DNA of 64,000 nucleotides from Spongiibacteraceae bacterium (GCA_043786385.1 JAYVWC010000076.1:3761-67760), one strand, 5' to 3'. Numbered from the stretch's first letter, positions 1 through 11,777 are shown. Notes: generated by a model not told the origin, from the letters alone. Numbers and translations are program-made.

Positions 1-2
1 AT

Positions 3-1229
3 CTGCGCGCGCTCGGTTACGATGTCACCTACGTACGCAATGTCACCGATATCGACGATAAAATTTTGCGCCGCGCCGCCGAACATGGCGAACCGTATAC
101 CGCGTTAACGACACGCTTTATTGCGGCTATGCACGAGGACGAAGCGCGTCTCGGCGTGTTGCGACCGACGTTGGAGCCGCGCGCGACGCAGCATATCGAC
201 GACATCATTGCATTGATCGAAAAATTGATCGCCAATGATTATGCGTATCGCGCGGCCAGCGGCGATGTGTATTACTCGGTAAGCAAATTCGATGGCTATG
301 GCAAATTATCGGGCAAAAATCCCGATGAATTGCTGGCCGGTGCGCGCGTTGAAATCGACGAAGCAAAACGCGATCCACGCGATTTCGCGCTGTGGAAATC
401 TGCAAAGCCGGACGAGGAAGCCGTGTGGGATGCGCCGTGGGGGCCGGGTCGGCCCGGTTGGCATATCGAATGCTCGGCGATGACTGGCGCGTGTCTCGGC
501 GATAGTTTCGACATTCACGGCGGCGGGCCGGATTTGCGTTTTCCGCATCACGAAAATGAAATCGCGCAGAGCGAAGCGGCGACTGGTAAACATTATGTGA
601 ATTATTGGATGCACGCCGGTGCGGTGCGCGTCGACGGCGAAAAAATGTCGAAATCGCTCGGCAACTTTTTTACGATTCGCGAAATTCTCGATAAGTACGA
701 TGCCGAAGTCGTGCGCTTTCTATTGATCAGCAGCCACTACCGCAGCGAAATCGATTATTCACAGCAGAGTTTACGCGATGCGAAAAGCGGGCTCGATCGT
801 TTTTATACGGCACTAAAAGATTACGCCGATGTCGCGCCTGCGACTGTAAGTGAATTGCAGCAAAGCGCTTTTTACGATCGCTTTGTGCAGGCGATGGACG
901 ATGATTTCAATACCCGCGAAGCGCTATCGGCGATGTTCGATTTAGTGCGCGAGTTGAATGTGCATACCGATGCAGCCACAACGCAACGATTAGCAGCGAT
1001 ATTGAAAGCGCTCGGCGCAATGTTGGGCATTCTGCAAAAAAATCCGCACGATTATTTGCAAGGCGATGGTGCGGTTGGCAGCGAGCAAATCGAAGCGCTA
1101 ATCGCCGAGCGTGTGCAAGCCAAGCAAGACAAAAACTTTGCGCGTTCAGATGCAATTCGCGATGAGTTAAAAGCGCAGGGCATCGTACTCGAAGACGGTA
1201 AAGGCGGCACCACTTGGCGTCGCGAATAG
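3..1229 (+). CDS. cysS: Cysteinyl-tRNA synthetase (5'-truncated by the window edge)
   Basis: Frame is open from position 3 ([21 protein letters not shown]); motifs [32 protein letters not shown]. Confidence 0.98.
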   Translation: MRALGYDVTYVRNVTDIDDKILRRAAEHGEPYTALTTRFIAAMHEDEARLGVLRPTLEPRATQHIDDIIALIEKLIANDYAYRAASGDVYYSVSKFDGYGKLSGKNPDELLAGARVEIDEAKRDPRDFALWKSAKPDEEAVWDAPWGPGRPGWHIECSAMTGACLGDSFDIHGGGPDLRFPHHENEIAQSEAATGKHYVNYWMHAGAVRVDGEKMSKSLGNFFTIREILDKYDAEVVRFLLISSHYRSEIDYSQQSLRDAKSGLDRFYTALKDYADVAPATVSELQQSAFYDRFVQAMDDDFNTREALSAMFDLVRELNVHTDAATTQRLAAILKALGAMLGILQKNPHDYLQGDGAVGSEQIEALIAERVQAKQDKNFARSDAIRDELKAQGIVLEDGKGGTTWRRE

Positions 1230-1275
1230 TCGTAACAGAATAGTGTGTGATGCGTAGTGGGAGTGGGTGGGCGAT

Positions 1276-1617
1276 TTATAGTTGTTGCAGCGCCTGCTCA
1301 ATCGCCGCCTGATCGAAGCCGTGAATAACGGTGTCTTTAATCACCAACACCGGCACGCCGTTGCCGTGTAATTGCTGGTATTGAGCCAAGCCCTCGGCAG
1401 ATTTTTCGATATCGTATTCGCGATAGGGGATGTTGCGTGCCGACAGCATTTTGCGCGTTTTTGCGCAATAGCCGCACCATTCGGTGCCATACAGAATCGC
1501 CTGAAAGCCGGCCGGTATGACAATCGGTGCGGGTGGATTCAGCCACTGTTGAATATCGGCGCGATGCTGTAACGCAAACATACCGCCGAGCGCGATCATC
1601 CAAACCCAGTACCGCAT
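1276..1617 (-). CDS. Glutaredoxin/NrdH-like redoxin with N-terminal membrane anchor
   Basis: YGTEWCGYC CxxC motif, GVPVLVI cis-Pro motif, hydrophobic N-terminus. Confidence 0.85.
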   Translation of the reverse strand: MRYWVWMIALGGMFALQHRADIQQWLNPPAPIVIPAGFQAILYGTEWCGYCAKTRKMLSARNIPYREYDIEKSAEGLAQYQQLHGNGVPVLVIKDTVIHGFDQAAIEQALQQL

Positions 1618-1659
1618 GCTGCACCTATTTCGCTTGCCGAGTGCCAGATGTTGTCTGCA

Positions 1660-2505
1660 TTACGCGAGACTTTTTTCAGCCGATTCGACCGATTGCACGA
1701 TCAGCGTATTGATCGTCATCGGCCCGACGCCACCCGGCACCGGCGTATACGCGGCGACGCGATCGATTACCGCGCTCAGTTCGATATCGCCGACGCCGCC
1801 CGGATGATAACCAGCATCGACGACTACTGCGCCGTCTTTGATCCACGCGCCTTTGATAAATTCCGGTTTACCAACCGCGCCGACCACGATGTCGGCCTGC
1901 TTAATTAGCTCGGGTAAATTGCGCGTTTTCGAGTGACAGATCGTCACGGTGGCATTGGCTTGTAGCAGCATCATCGCCATCGGCTTGCCGAGAATAGCGC
2001 TGCGGCCAACCACCACTGCGTGTTTACCTTCGATGGCGATGTTGTACTGCGCCAGCAAGCGCATGATGCCTTTCGGCGTCGCGCAGCCGTAAGCTTCTTC
2101 GCCCATCGCCATGCGACCGAAGCCGAGGCAAGTAACGCCATCGACATCTTTATGCAGCGCGATTGCATCGAAGCACGCGCGTTCGTCGATGCCGGCGGGC
2201 ACCGGATGCTGCAACAAAATGCCGTGCACATTGGGGTTGTTATTCAGCTCGTCGATTTTGGCGAGCAGTTGCGCAGTCGTAGTTGCCGATGGCAGCTCGA
2301 CCGCTAGCGAATCCATGCCGACGCGGCGACAGGCATTGCCTTTCATTTTGACGTAGGTAGCGGAGGCGGGATCATCGCCGACCAGTATCGTCGCGAGAAT
2401 CGGCGTTTTACCGCCCGACTGCTGCTTGAGATGGGCGACGCGGCGGCTTAGCTCCGCTTCCCACTGCGCGGCGGTGGCCTTGCCGTCCAACACTAATGCG
2501 GTCAT
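1660..2505 (-). CDS. folD: Bifunctional methylenetetrahydrofolate dehydrogenase/cyclohydrolase
   Basis: [40 protein letters not shown]; start taken at ATG 2505 (MTALVLDGK). Confidence 0.97.
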   Translation of the reverse strand: MTALVLDGKATAAQWEAELSRRVAHLKQQSGGKTPILATILVGDDPASATYVKMKGNACRRVGMDSLAVELPSATTTAQLLAKIDELNNNPNVHGILLQHPVPAGIDERACFDAIALHKDVDGVTCLGFGRMAMGEEAYGCATPKGIMRLLAQYNIAIEGKHAVVVGRSAILGKPMAMMLLQANATVTICHSKTRNLPELIKQADIVVGAVGKPEFIKGAWIKDGAVVVDAGYHPGGVGDIELSAVIDRVAAYTPVPGGVGPMTINTLIVQSVESAEKSLA

Positions 2506-2646
2506 CTGTAGCGCTACCTCGACGAATTGAATTTTGCGATGTGTATTTTCGCACGCATCCCAGCAACCGCCTAGCGCGATGCGAAGTCGCAATAGTATTT
2601 AGCGTGAACGCATTGTAATTTTTACATCGATTGGGCGGATTTTTTA

Positions 2647-2675
2647 TTGACGCCCCTAAGGCTCGTGCGTATCAT
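2647..2675 (+). promoter_or_regulatory. Sigma70-type promoter of the tRNA operon
   Basis: TTGACG (2647-2652), 17 nt spacer, TATCAT (2670-2675), then GC-rich discriminator GCGCACC, just upstream of tRNA-Pro. Confidence 0.75.
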
Positions 2676-2708
2676 GCGCACCTCTGTATCGGCTCGGTTT
2701 ACGACGTT

Positions 2709-2785
2709 CGGGGTATAGCGCAGTCCGGTAGCGCGCCTGGTTTGGGACCAGGATGTCGGAGGTTCGAATCCTTCTACCCCGACCA
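2709..2785 (+). tRNA. tRNA-Pro(TGG)
   Basis: CGGGGTA acceptor stem, anticodon arm CCTGG-TTTGGGA-CCAGG, GGTTCGAATCC T-arm, encoded CCA. Confidence 0.97.
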
Positions 2786-2861
2786 CTTTTCGTGGTCCGA
2801 CCGCTTAGCAGATCCGTACCTCGCTTGAATTCTCGTATCTTGAAAAAGGTGCGGAGCACAA

Positions 2862-2938
<77 letters not shown>

Positions 2939-3049
2939 ATTTTCCGAATGGTTTTGGTTCCGAGCAGAATTCGCAATATCTATTTTGCCGCAAATAGTTT
3001 TTCGCAAACTAGTGCTTCAGTAAAATAGCGTTTCAGTAAATCGTTTTAT

Positions 3050-3126
3050 GGTGGCTGTAGCTCAGTCGGTAGAGCACAGGATTGTGATTCCTGTGGTCGT
3101 GGGTTCGATCCCCATCAGCCACCCCA
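3050..3126 (+). tRNA. tRNA-His(GTG)
   Basis: G-1 plus GTGGCTG acceptor stem, anticodon arm CAGGA-TTGTGAT-TCCTG, T-arm, CCA. Confidence 0.97.
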
Positions 3127-3418
3127 TTTAAATCAATGAGTCATAGGTTGTTTGACGGCTAAAACAGTCGGTTTCCGGTCGATGGCATGGCCAGCAAAAA
3201 CGAAAAGTTGCTGCAGCTATTCAATGCAGTTCATGCACGGGGCATGGAAGCGCTGTAAGCGTACCCCGATCGATTCGTCCCTCAAATAATCCAATCCAAA
3301 ATCACAAGGCTACAGCGCGCACTGTCGTGGCGGCTTTTCGCGCTGAGCTTTTCGGTTTTGGGCTTATGGGAACCCTAAATTATTTTATAGTTGTACAACT
3401 TGTTTTTTTGAAATTTTA

Positions 3419-3509
3419 TGGCGGTGAGAGAGGGATTCGAACCCTCGAAACGCTATTAACGTTTACACGCTTTCCAGGCGTGCTCCTTCAACCGCTCGGA
3501 CATCTCACC
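3419..3509 (-). tRNA. tRNA-Ser(GGA)
   Basis: Reverse complement reads GGTGAGATGTCCGAGCGGTTGAAGGAG...CACGC-CTGGAAA-GCGTG, long variable arm, GGTTCGAATCC...GCCA. Confidence 0.96.
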
Positions 3510-3638
3510 AAAACTTGCACTAATTTCTCGGGGTCGAGAGGGCGGCTACTCTAGCCCAGGCGCCCTGGCTTGGCAATCCTTTTATGGTATGCTCGCGCGC
3601 AGTTTTTGGCTCGGGTTGTAGCGATTATGGCGGGTGTT

Positions 3639-4283
3639 ATGAAGTGCGCGATCGTGCCGGTTACGGCGTTTCAACAAAATTGCAGCATTCTGGTCTGCGA
3701 GGAAACGCGGCGTGCGGCGCTGGTCGATCCGGGTGGCGATGTGCCGCAGTTGCGCGAGGCATTAACTAAACTCGATGCGACGCTCGAAAAAGTATTTTTG
3801 ACGCACGGTCATATGGATCACTGCGGTGCTGCCGCGATGGTGCGCAAAGAATTCGGCGTGCCGATCGAAGGGCCGCAGCGCGAAGATAAATTTTGGATCG
3901 ATCAACTCGGCGAAATGAGTTCGATGTACGGCTTGCCGCCGAGCGAGGCGTTCGAGCCGGATCGTTGGCTCGAAGATGGCGATACGGTTACGTTCGGCGC
4001 ACAAGCGCTCGAAGTGTTGTTCTGTCCGGGGCACACGCCGGGGCACGTGGTATTTTTTAGCCGCAGCCAACAGTGGGCGTGGGTTGGCGATGTGCTGTTT
4101 CAAGGCTCGATCGGCCGCAGCGATTTACCGGGTGGCGATCACGATACGTTAGTGAATTCGATTCGCGAAAAATTATGGCCGCTCGGCGACGCGGTGCAGT
4201 TTGTACCGGGGCACGGGCCGACATCGAGTTTTGGCGAAGAGCGCTTGCACAATCCATTTGTTGCCGATAAACGTTTTAGATAA
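3639..4283 (+). CDS. MBL-fold metallo-hydrolase (YcbL/GloC glyoxalase-II-like)
   Basis: THGHMDH motif, PGHTPGH, GDVLF..SIGRSD, PGHG; start at 3639 or 3627. Confidence 0.9.
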   Translation: MKCAIVPVTAFQQNCSILVCEETRRAALVDPGGDVPQLREALTKLDATLEKVFLTHGHMDHCGAAAMVRKEFGVPIEGPQREDKFWIDQLGEMSSMYGLPPSEAFEPDRWLEDGDTVTFGAQALEVLFCPGHTPGHVVFFSRSQQWAWVGDVLFQGSIGRSDLPGGDHDTLVNSIREKLWPLGDAVQFVPGHGPTSSFGEERLHNPFVADKRFR

Positions 4284-4310
4284 CAGCGAATGCTTGGAGC
4301 GGAATAGTCG

Positions 4311-4730
4311 ATGTCGTTAAAGCTAATATCCTTAAAAGACGAGTCGTTAAAACCCATAATATTAAATTGGCTCAATGTAAAATTCGCGCGTATTGGCTTA
4401 ATCATTGCGATGCTTGCGATCACGGTATTAGCATTGATTCCGGCGCCGGAAGTGCCGGTCTCCACCGGTTGGGATAAAACCGATCACTGGTCGGCATTTT
4501 TTACGCTGGCGTTATTGGCGCATCATTCGGTTCCGAAAAAATCGTTATGGTCGGTGGTTGTCGCATTGGTTGCGTACGGCATTGGCATTGAAGTGGCGCA
4601 ATCGTTTACGCCGACGCGGCAAGCCGACGCGATGGATGTGGTAGCCGATAGCATCGGCATTCTCGGTTACGTGTTGGTGTGTTTTATCGTGGCGCAATTT
4701 GTGCGGCGCGCGCGCACTGTAAACGACTAA
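4311..4730 (+). CDS. VanZ-like membrane protein
   Basis: WDKxxH, GIGIEVAQSFTPTR..D..DVVAD pattern; several TM segments; true start may lie downstream. Confidence 0.8.
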   Translation: MSLKLISLKDESLKPIILNWLNVKFARIGLIIAMLAITVLALIPAPEVPVSTGWDKTDHWSAFFTLALLAHHSVPKKSLWSVVVALVAYGIGIEVAQSFTPTRQADAMDVVADSIGILGYVLVCFIVAQFVRRARTVND

Positions 4731-4768
4731 TTTTTTGTCGATCGCCAGGTGCTCGCGTTGCAGCGTCT

Positions 4769-5224
4769 ATGAAACATCTATTGATCGTCTATCACTCGCA
4801 ATCTGGTAATACAGCGCAGTTAGCGCAGGCGGCGCTGCGCGGCGCATTGCAGGAGAGCGATGTCGAAACGCGCCTACTGCGTGCGATCGATGCCGATACC
4901 CGCGATCTATTGTGGGCGGATGCGGTGTTATTCGGCTCGCCGGAGAATTTTGGCTATCTGTCCGGCGGCCTCACCGATTTTTTGGCGCGCACATTTTATC
5001 CCATGCAATTGCAGCCACGCCCGTTGGTGTATGCAATGTTTGTTAGCGCGGGTAACGATGGTCGCGGTGCGGTTCGACAATTGCAGCGCATCGTCGGCGG
5101 TTATCCGATGCGCGAAGTGGCGGCGCCGGTGATTGCGCGCGGCCCGGTGACCGATGAAGGCTTGGCGCGCTGCGAAGAATTGGGATTGACGTTGGCGGCC
5201 GGATTGGCATTGGGAATGTTTTGA
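4769..5224 (+). CDS. Flavodoxin family / NAD(P)H-dependent FMN-binding protein
   Basis: LLIVYHSQSGNT FMN-binding loop, GSPENFG, SAGNDG. Confidence 0.85.
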   Translation: MKHLLIVYHSQSGNTAQLAQAALRGALQESDVETRLLRAIDADTRDLLWADAVLFGSPENFGYLSGGLTDFLARTFYPMQLQPRPLVYAMFVSAGNDGRGAVRQLQRIVGGYPMREVAAPVIARGPVTDEGLARCEELGLTLAAGLALGMF

Positions 5225-5276
5225 GCGCCGCATAGTGATGCCGTTATATTTTTCGGTTAATTTTTTGTTGTCTCAG

Positions 5277-6152
5277 TTAACGAGTTCGCTCGGCTAATAA
5301 CAATCGACAAAATGCGCTAGCGGCATTCGATAAACTGCGCTCGCGATGCGCGACGACGCCGAGATTGCGAGTTAATTTTTGGCCGATCAATGTCAAACCA
5401 CAGAGATTTTTATCGAGCAGCGTTTTCGGCAGCACGCTCCAACCCAGCCCGATCGATACCATCACTTTGATCGTCTCCAGATAATTGGTCGACATCGAAA
5501 TATCGAGCGGCAATTGCTGGCTATCGAATAGCGTTTTAATGATCCGTCCAGTGTACGTATTGAGCCCGGGCAATATCGCACGGTATTGACTCAGTGCTTT
5601 CGCGCTGACGCGACTCTGCGCGGCGAGCGGATGATTGCGCGCGACCGTTACCACCAGCTCATCCTTCCAAATTGCGGTTTGTTGCAGCGATGGTTTTTCT
5701 TCCGGCGCGAGCGTGATGATGCCGAGTTCAACCTCGCCGAGCAGTACGCGCTCGTAGGCTTCCTCCGAGTCCAGAAAATCGATATCGAGGCGCACATCCG
5801 GGTATTGCAGGTTGAATTGCTTCAACACTTCGGGCAGCCGATGCAGCCCCATATGGTGGCTGATGCCCATGCTGAGGCGGCCGGTGACGCCGCCGCGCAA
5901 ATCCTGAATATGGCGCTTCGCCGCGCGAATTTCCTGCAGCACCGATTGCGCGCGCGGCAGTAGCGCGCGGCCGGCTTCGGTCAGTGCAATCTGCCGACCG
6001 ATGCGATCGAATAAGCTGCAATCGAGCTGGCTTTCCAATAGTGCAACGCGTTTGCTGACTGCGGGTTGCGTCAGATGCATCTGTTCGGCGGCGATCGAGA
6101 ACGAACCGTGTTCCGCGACTGCGGCGAAGGCTTGCAGGAGTTGGGTATCCAT
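5277..6152 (-). CDS. LysR-family transcriptional regulator, divergent from leuCD
   Basis: HGSFSIAAEQMHLTQPAVSKRV HTH and LFDR..LTEAG; C-terminal substrate-binding domain. Confidence 0.95.
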   Translation of the reverse strand: MDTQLLQAFAAVAEHGSFSIAAEQMHLTQPAVSKRVALLESQLDCSLFDRIGRQIALTEAGRALLPRAQSVLQEIRAAKRHIQDLRGGVTGRLSMGISHHMGLHRLPEVLKQFNLQYPDVRLDIDFLDSEEAYERVLLGEVELGIITLAPEEKPSLQQTAIWKDELVVTVARNHPLAAQSRVSAKALSQYRAILPGLNTYTGRIIKTLFDSQQLPLDISMSTNYLETIKVMVSIGLGWSVLPKTLLDKNLCGLTLIGQKLTRNLGVVAHRERSLSNAASAFCRLLLAERTR

Positions 6153-6162
6153 TTATTTTAGT

Positions 6163-6177
6163 ATTCTCATTGGGAAT
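6163..6177. promoter_or_regulatory. Candidate LysR recognition box
   Basis: ATTC-N7-GAAT dyad with T-N11-A core in the lysR/leuC divergent spacer. Confidence 0.55.
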
Positions 6178-6260
6178 GGCTTCTATAAAAAAGATGAATT
6201 TGTGTTATTTGTCAATGGTGGCATAAACTGCATCGCATAGGTTGGTTTCGGAGATTTTCT

Positions 6261-7700
6261 ATGGCAAGCAAAACGCTCTACGATAAATTGTGGGATGCCC
6301 ACTTGGTGAAAGTGCGCGACGACGGCACCGCGCTGATTTATATCGATCGCCATTTGTTGCACGAAGTTACTTCGCCGCAAGCGTTTGAAGGGCTGCGTTT
6401 GGCGGGCCGCAAACCGTGGCGCATCGATGCCAATATCGCGACGCCCGATCACAACGTACCTTCGGATGTCGCCGAGCGGCGCGAAGGTATCGCCGGTATC
6501 GCCGACGAAGTGTCGCGTATTCAAGTGCAAACGCTCGATGAAAATTGCGCTGATTTCGGCATCGCCGAATTCAAAATCAACGATTCGCGTCAAGGCATCG
6601 TGCACGTTATCGGGCCTGAGCAGGGTCTTACATTGCCGGGCATGACGGTGGTGTGCGGCGATTCGCACACGGCGACGCACGGTGCGCTCGGCGCCTTGGC
6701 GCACGGCATCGGCACCTCCGAAGTCGAACACGTGCTCGCGACGCAGTGTTTGATGCAGAAGAAATCGAAAAATATGTTGGTGAAAATTAGCGGCAAACTC
6801 GGCCGTGGTGTCACCGCTAAAGATGTAATTCTCGCGGTGATTCGTAAAATTGGCACCGCTGGCGGCACCGGCTACGCGATCGAATTCGGCGGCGAAGTGA
6901 TTCGCGCGATGTCGCTGGAAGGTCGCATGACAATTTGCAATATGGCGATCGAAGCCGGTGCGCGGGTCGGCATGGTCGCGGTCGATGAAATCACGTTGAA
7001 TTATGTGAAAGGCAAACGTTACGCACCCAAAGGTGAATTGTGGGATCGCGCTGCGGCTTACTGGCGCACGCTGTACAGCGATGCCGGCGCGCAGTTCGAT
7101 CGCGTCGTCGATATTCACGGCGCGTCAATCAAGCCGCAAGTCAGCTGGGGTACGTCGCCCGAGATGGTAGTCGCGATCGATGAATGCGTGCCCGATCCGC
7201 AAGAGTTCAGCGATGCAAATCAGCGCCGTGCGGCCGAGCGCGCGTTGGAATATATGGGTTTAAGTGCTGGCCAAGCGATTACTAGCATTCAACTCGATCG
7301 CATTTTTATCGGTTCGTGTACCAATTCGCGCATCGAAGATTTGCGCGCCGCAGCGGCAGTTGTCGAAGGCAAAAAAGTGGCGGCGACGATCAAGCAAGCC
7401 TTGGTGGTGCCGGGCTCGGGGCAGGTGAAGGCGCAGGCCGAAGCCGAAGGGCTCGATCAAGTATTTATTGATGCTGGCCTGGAGTGGCGCGAGCCGAGTT
7501 GTTCAATGTGCCTGGCGATGAATGCCGATAAATTATTGCCTGGCGAACATTGCGCGGCGACCTCTAACAGAAACTTCGAGGGGCGTCAGGGCTTCGGCGG
7601 TCGCACGCATTTGGTCAGCCCGGCGATGGCGGCAGCGGCGGCAATCGCTGGCCATTTTGTCGATGTCAGAGAGTTCGATGTACGCGAGGTGATGTTATGA
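6261..7700 (+). CDS. leuC: 3-isopropylmalate dehydratase large subunit
   Basis: [48 protein letters not shown]. Confidence 0.98.
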   Translation: MASKTLYDKLWDAHLVKVRDDGTALIYIDRHLLHEVTSPQAFEGLRLAGRKPWRIDANIATPDHNVPSDVAERREGIAGIADEVSRIQVQTLDENCADFGIAEFKINDSRQGIVHVIGPEQGLTLPGMTVVCGDSHTATHGALGALAHGIGTSEVEHVLATQCLMQKKSKNMLVKISGKLGRGVTAKDVILAVIRKIGTAGGTGYAIEFGGEVIRAMSLEGRMTICNMAIEAGARVGMVAVDEITLNYVKGKRYAPKGELWDRAAAYWRTLYSDAGAQFDRVVDIHGASIKPQVSWGTSPEMVVAIDECVPDPQEFSDANQRRAAERALEYMGLSAGQAITSIQLDRIFIGSCTNSRIEDLRAAAAVVEGKKVAATIKQALVVPGSGQVKAQAEAEGLDQVFIDAGLEWREPSCSMCLAMNADKLLPGEHCAATSNRNFEGRQGFGGRTHLVSPAMAAAAAIAGHFVDVREFDVREVML

Positions 7701-8347
7701 AGCCGTTTACCGTATTGACCGGCATCGCTGCGCCGATGGATCGCGCCAACGTCGATACCGATATGATTATTCCGAAACAATTTTTGAAATCGATTAAGCG
7801 CAGTGGCTTCGGCCCGAATTTGTTCGACGAATTGCGCTATCTCGATCAGGGGCAACCTGGGCAGGATTCAAGCGGCCGACCGTTGAATAAAGACTTTCCG
7901 CTCAACTTTGCGCGCTACCAAGGCGCATCCATTTTATTGGCGCGCGATAATTTTGGCTGCGGTTCGAGCCGCGAGCACGCGCCATGGGCGTTGGAGGATT
8001 ACGGTTTTCGCTGCGTGATAGCGCCGAGTTACGCCGATATTTTTTTCAACAACTGCTTCAAGAACGGTATTTTGCCGATCGTGTTGAGTCCGAATATAGT
8101 CGACAAACTATTCCAGCAGATGTACGCCAGCGAAGGTTATCAATTGATCGTCGATTTGGCGGAGCAAACGGTGCGCACGTCGAGCGGCGACGCGTTCGGA
8201 TTTGAAGTCGGCGAGTTCAGTAAATATTGTCTGCTCAATGGCTTCGACGATATCGGTCTGACCTTGCAGGATGCCGATGCGATCAAAACGTTTGAACAAA
8301 ATTGGCGGCAGCAATCACCGTGGTTGTTCGATACGTTCAGTAATTAA
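7697..8347 (+). CDS. leuD: 3-isopropylmalate dehydratase small subunit
   Basis: [28 protein letters not shown]. Confidence 0.98.
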   Translation: MKPFTVLTGIAAPMDRANVDTDMIIPKQFLKSIKRSGFGPNLFDELRYLDQGQPGQDSSGRPLNKDFPLNFARYQGASILLARDNFGCGSSREHAPWALEDYGFRCVIAPSYADIFFNNCFKNGILPIVLSPNIVDKLFQQMYASEGYQLIVDLAEQTVRTSSGDAFGFEVGEFSKYCLLNGFDDIGLTLQDADAIKTFEQNWRQQSPWLFDTFSN

Positions 8348-8385
8348 CAACGTATTCATTAACGATGAATAGTGGGAGTATCGCA

Positions 8386-9465
8386 GTGAGTAGAAATATT
8401 TTAGTAATTTCAGGCGATGGTATTGGGCCAGAAATTACCGTCGAAACACGCAAAGTGTTGGATGTTATCAATCGACAGTTTGATTTGAATTTGCAGTTCG
8501 ACGAAGCGCTGATGGGCGGCGCGGCAATCGATGCGACCGGCGTGCCGTTGCCTGATGTCACGCTTGCGAAAGCGCGCGCCTGCGACGCAATTTTATTCGC
8601 CGCGATCGGCGGGCCGAAGTGGGATAAGCTCGATCGCGCGATTCGTCCCGAAAAGGGTTTGTTGAAGTTGCGCTCGGAACTCGATTTATTCGGCAATTTA
8701 CGGCCGGCGATTTTGTATCCGCAGTTGGCCGCTGCGTCGTCGCTGAAACCGGAAATTGTCGCGGGGCTCGATATTCTAATCGTACGCGAATTGACGGGTG
8801 GGATTTATTTCGGCGAGCCGCGCGGCATTCGCACATTGCCGAATGGCGAGCGCGAAGGTTTCAATACCGATAAATATTCGGAATCGGAAATACGTCGCGT
8901 GGGCAAGTTGGCGTTCGAGTCGGCGCGCAAGCGCGGCAAGAAAGTATGCTCGGTCGATAAGGCGAACGTGTTGGAATCGACCGTGCTGTGGCGCGAAGTG
9001 ATGGAGGGGGTCGGCAAAGATTATCCCGACGTCGAGTTGAGCCACATGTACGTCGATAACGCCGCGATGCAATTGGTGCGCGCGCCGAAGCAATTCGATG
9101 TGATCGTCACGGGTAATTTATTCGGCGATATTCTGTCCGACGAGGCGGCGATGTTAACCGGCTCGATCGGCATGCTGCCGTCGGCGTCGTTGAACGAGCA
9201 GGGCGCCGGTATGTACGAACCGTGTCACGGTTCGGCGCCGGATATTGCCGGTCAAGGCAAAGCAAATCCGCTGGCGATGATTTTGTCGGCGGCGATGATG
9301 TTGCGTTACTCGCTGAATGCAGCCGATGCAGCCGATGCGATCGAGCGCGCCATCGGCAAGGTGTTAGATGCAGGACTGCGCACGCCGGATATTTATACGC
9401 CCGGTACCGAGCTGGTGAGTACATCGCAAATGGGCGATGCGGTGGCGAAAGCGTTAGCGAGCTAA
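8386..9465 (+). CDS. leuB: 3-isopropylmalate dehydrogenase
   Basis: [45 protein letters not shown] start after GGGAG RBS. Confidence 0.98.
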   Translation: MSRNILVISGDGIGPEITVETRKVLDVINRQFDLNLQFDEALMGGAAIDATGVPLPDVTLAKARACDAILFAAIGGPKWDKLDRAIRPEKGLLKLRSELDLFGNLRPAILYPQLAAASSLKPEIVAGLDILIVRELTGGIYFGEPRGIRTLPNGEREGFNTDKYSESEIRRVGKLAFESARKRGKKVCSVDKANVLESTVLWREVMEGVGKDYPDVELSHMYVDNAAMQLVRAPKQFDVIVTGNLFGDILSDEAAMLTGSIGMLPSASLNEQGAGMYEPCHGSAPDIAGQGKANPLAMILSAAMMLRYSLNAADAADAIERAIGKVLDAGLRTPDIYTPGTELVSTSQMGDAVAKALAS

Positions 9466-9505
9466 TTTATTGGTACGAACTTTATACCCATTCAGGTGAG
9501 CACAA

Positions 9506-10612
9506 ATGAAAACTGTAGGTTTTGTCGGTTGGCGCGGTATGGTCGGTTCCGTGTTGATGGAGCGCATGCAGGCGGAAAATGATTTTGCGGCGATCGAGCC
9601 GGTATTTTTTACGACGTCGAATGTTGGCGGTGCGGGGCCGGATATCGGCAAACCAGTGGCGGCGTTGCAGGATGCGTACAATATCGACGCATTGAAAAAA
9701 CTCGATGCGATTATTTCCTGCCAAGGAGGCGATTACACCACCGAAGTATTCGCGAAATTGCGTGCAGCCGGTTGGAATGGTTATTGGATCGACGCGGCAT
9801 CGACACTGCGGATGGAAAGCGATGCGATCATCGTGCTCGATCCGGTCAATGGCGATTTGATTCGCGCTGGCGTTAAACGAGGCATCAAAAATTTTATCGG
9901 CGGCAATTGCACCAACAGCATTCTGTTGATGGGCATCAATGGGCTGTTTCGCGAAGGCTTGGTCGAGTGGGTTAGCTCGATGACGTATCAGGCAGCCTCC
10001 GGTGGCGGCGCCAATCATATGCGCGAATTGTTGAAAGGCATGGGCGTCATTCATGCGGTGGTCGCCGAGCAGTTGGCGACGCCGGCGTCGTCGATTATCG
10101 ATATCGATCGCAAAGTCGCGCAAACGATTCGCGAAGATGTGCCGCACGAATTTTTTGATGCACCGCTGGCCGGGGGATTGATTCCGTGGATCGACAAACA
10201 ACTCGATAACGGGCAATCGAAAGAGGAATGGAAGGGGCAGGCCGAGGTCAATAAAATTCTCGGTACGCAGACGACGATTCCGGTCGATGGTCTGTGCGTG
10301 CGCATCGGTGCGATGCGTTGCCATAGTCTTGCGCTAACACTGAAGTTGAACAAAGATTTGCCGCTAACGGAAATCGAAGCGTTAATTAAATCCGGCAATC
10401 CGTGGGTCAAATGGGTGCCGAACGAGCGCGCGATCACCGCGCAGGAGCTGACCCCTGCGGCGCTGACCGGTGGCCTGCAAATCGGTGTCGGCCGCGTGCG
10501 CAAGCTCAATATGGGCCCGCAATATGTGAGTGCTTTTGTAATCGGCGATCAATTGTTATGGGGTGCCGCCGAACCGTTGCGGCGCATGCTGCGCATTTTA
10601 TTGGAGAGTTAA
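9506..10612 (+). CDS. asd: Aspartate-semialdehyde dehydrogenase
   Basis: [10 protein letters not shown], catalytic [24 protein letters not shown]. Confidence 0.97.
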   Translation: MKTVGFVGWRGMVGSVLMERMQAENDFAAIEPVFFTTSNVGGAGPDIGKPVAALQDAYNIDALKKLDAIISCQGGDYTTEVFAKLRAAGWNGYWIDAASTLRMESDAIIVLDPVNGDLIRAGVKRGIKNFIGGNCTNSILLMGINGLFREGLVEWVSSMTYQAASGGGANHMRELLKGMGVIHAVVAEQLATPASSIIDIDRKVAQTIREDVPHEFFDAPLAGGLIPWIDKQLDNGQSKEEWKGQAEVNKILGTQTTIPVDGLCVRIGAMRCHSLALTLKLNKDLPLTEIEALIKSGNPWVKWVPNERAITAQELTPAALTGGLQIGVGRVRKLNMGPQYVSAFVIGDQLLWGAAEPLRRMLRILLES

Positions 10613-10618
10613 TAACGT

Positions 10619-11656
10619 ATGACCACATCGCGCCGGTTTTCGGTTGCAGTAGTTGGCGCCACCGGCGCCGTTGGCGAAGCATTGCTGGCGGCTTTGGCGG
10701 AAAGAAAATTTCCGGTCGATCAGTTGTACGCGTTGGCGCGCGCACCTGCGGTGGCAGAGGAGGACGACGAAGCCGCCAGTGTATTGTTCGCCGAGCGACC
10801 GGTGTTGTTAACGGCGCTCGACAAATTCGATTTTAGTCTTTGCACGTTGGCGTTTTTTTGCGCGCCGGCAGCGGTGGCAAAAAAGTACGCGCCGATTGCG
10901 ATCGCCGCCGGTTGTAGCGTTATCGATGTTAGCGCGCAGTTTCGGTTGGATGCAGCGGTGCCACTACTCGCACCAGATGTTAACGCCGCTAGTCTCGATG
11001 GCGAGGCGAACGCGCGTCTCCTTGCGGGGCCCAGTGCAGCGGCGTTGCAAATCGCTAGCATTTTAAAGCCATTGGTAGCAGCGAGCGGCATTGTATCGAT
11101 CGATGTCAGCATGCTAACTGCGGTTTCAGCGTTGGGCCGAGCGGGCGTCAACGAATTAGCCGGTCAAACCGCTCGGTTGCTGAATGCGCAGCCGGTCAAG
11201 CCGCAGGTGTTCCCCTCGCAGATCGCTTTCAATGCGTTGCCAGCGTTTGACGCAATCCATGAAAGCGGCTATACCCACGAGGAACTGCATATTGCCGCAG
11301 AAGTAAAAAAACTATTGGCGGATGAACGAATTGGCGTGAATGTTACGCAAATTTTTGTACCGGTATTTTACGGACACAGCCAGGTGATTCGAGTCGAGAC
11401 GATGGCACCGCTCAGTGTGTCGGCGGCCGGCAAATTGCTCGCCGCCGCACCGGGTATCGAGCTGTCTAAATCGAAAAAACCTTTCGGCCCAATCGAGGTC
11501 GGTATCGATGGTGGTGCGATCAAGGTGGGGCGCATTAAGCAGGCGGTAGGCTCGGATCGCGTGCTGACATTGTGGGTGGTGGCTGACAATATTCGGAAAG
11601 GTGCGGCAGTTAATAGTGTGCAAATTGCCGAAACCTTGCTAAAACTGTATCTGTAA
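10619..11656 (+). CDS. usg: Asd-like protein (Usg family)
   Basis: VVGATGAVG, QIAFN, VPVFYGH, DNIRKGAA; no catalytic Cys; located between asd and fimV. Confidence 0.8.
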   Translation: MTTSRRFSVAVVGATGAVGEALLAALAERKFPVDQLYALARAPAVAEEDDEAASVLFAERPVLLTALDKFDFSLCTLAFFCAPAAVAKKYAPIAIAAGCSVIDVSAQFRLDAAVPLLAPDVNAASLDGEANARLLAGPSAAALQIASILKPLVAASGIVSIDVSMLTAVSALGRAGVNELAGQTARLLNAQPVKPQVFPSQIAFNALPAFDAIHESGYTHEELHIAAEVKKLLADERIGVNVTQIFVPVFYGHSQVIRVETMAPLSVSAAGKLLAAAPGIELSKSKKPFGPIEVGIDGGAIKVGRIKQAVGSDRVLTLWVVADNIRKGAAVNSVQIAETLLKLYL

Positions 11657-11777
11657 CTAACATTTACGTCATTTAGTAGAGAACTATTCTAGCTTTCGAG
11701 CAGCGCGGTTTATAGTTTGTTAAACCCGCTAGCGACGAAATCAAACCTCTCAGCGAGACAACACAGGGTAGATAAAG

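Noticed and set aside
3639..4730. Antibiotic resistance genes (MBL-fold, VanZ-like)
   Set aside because: Motifs fit the housekeeping YcbL/GloC and generic VanZ-like families; there is no mobile context
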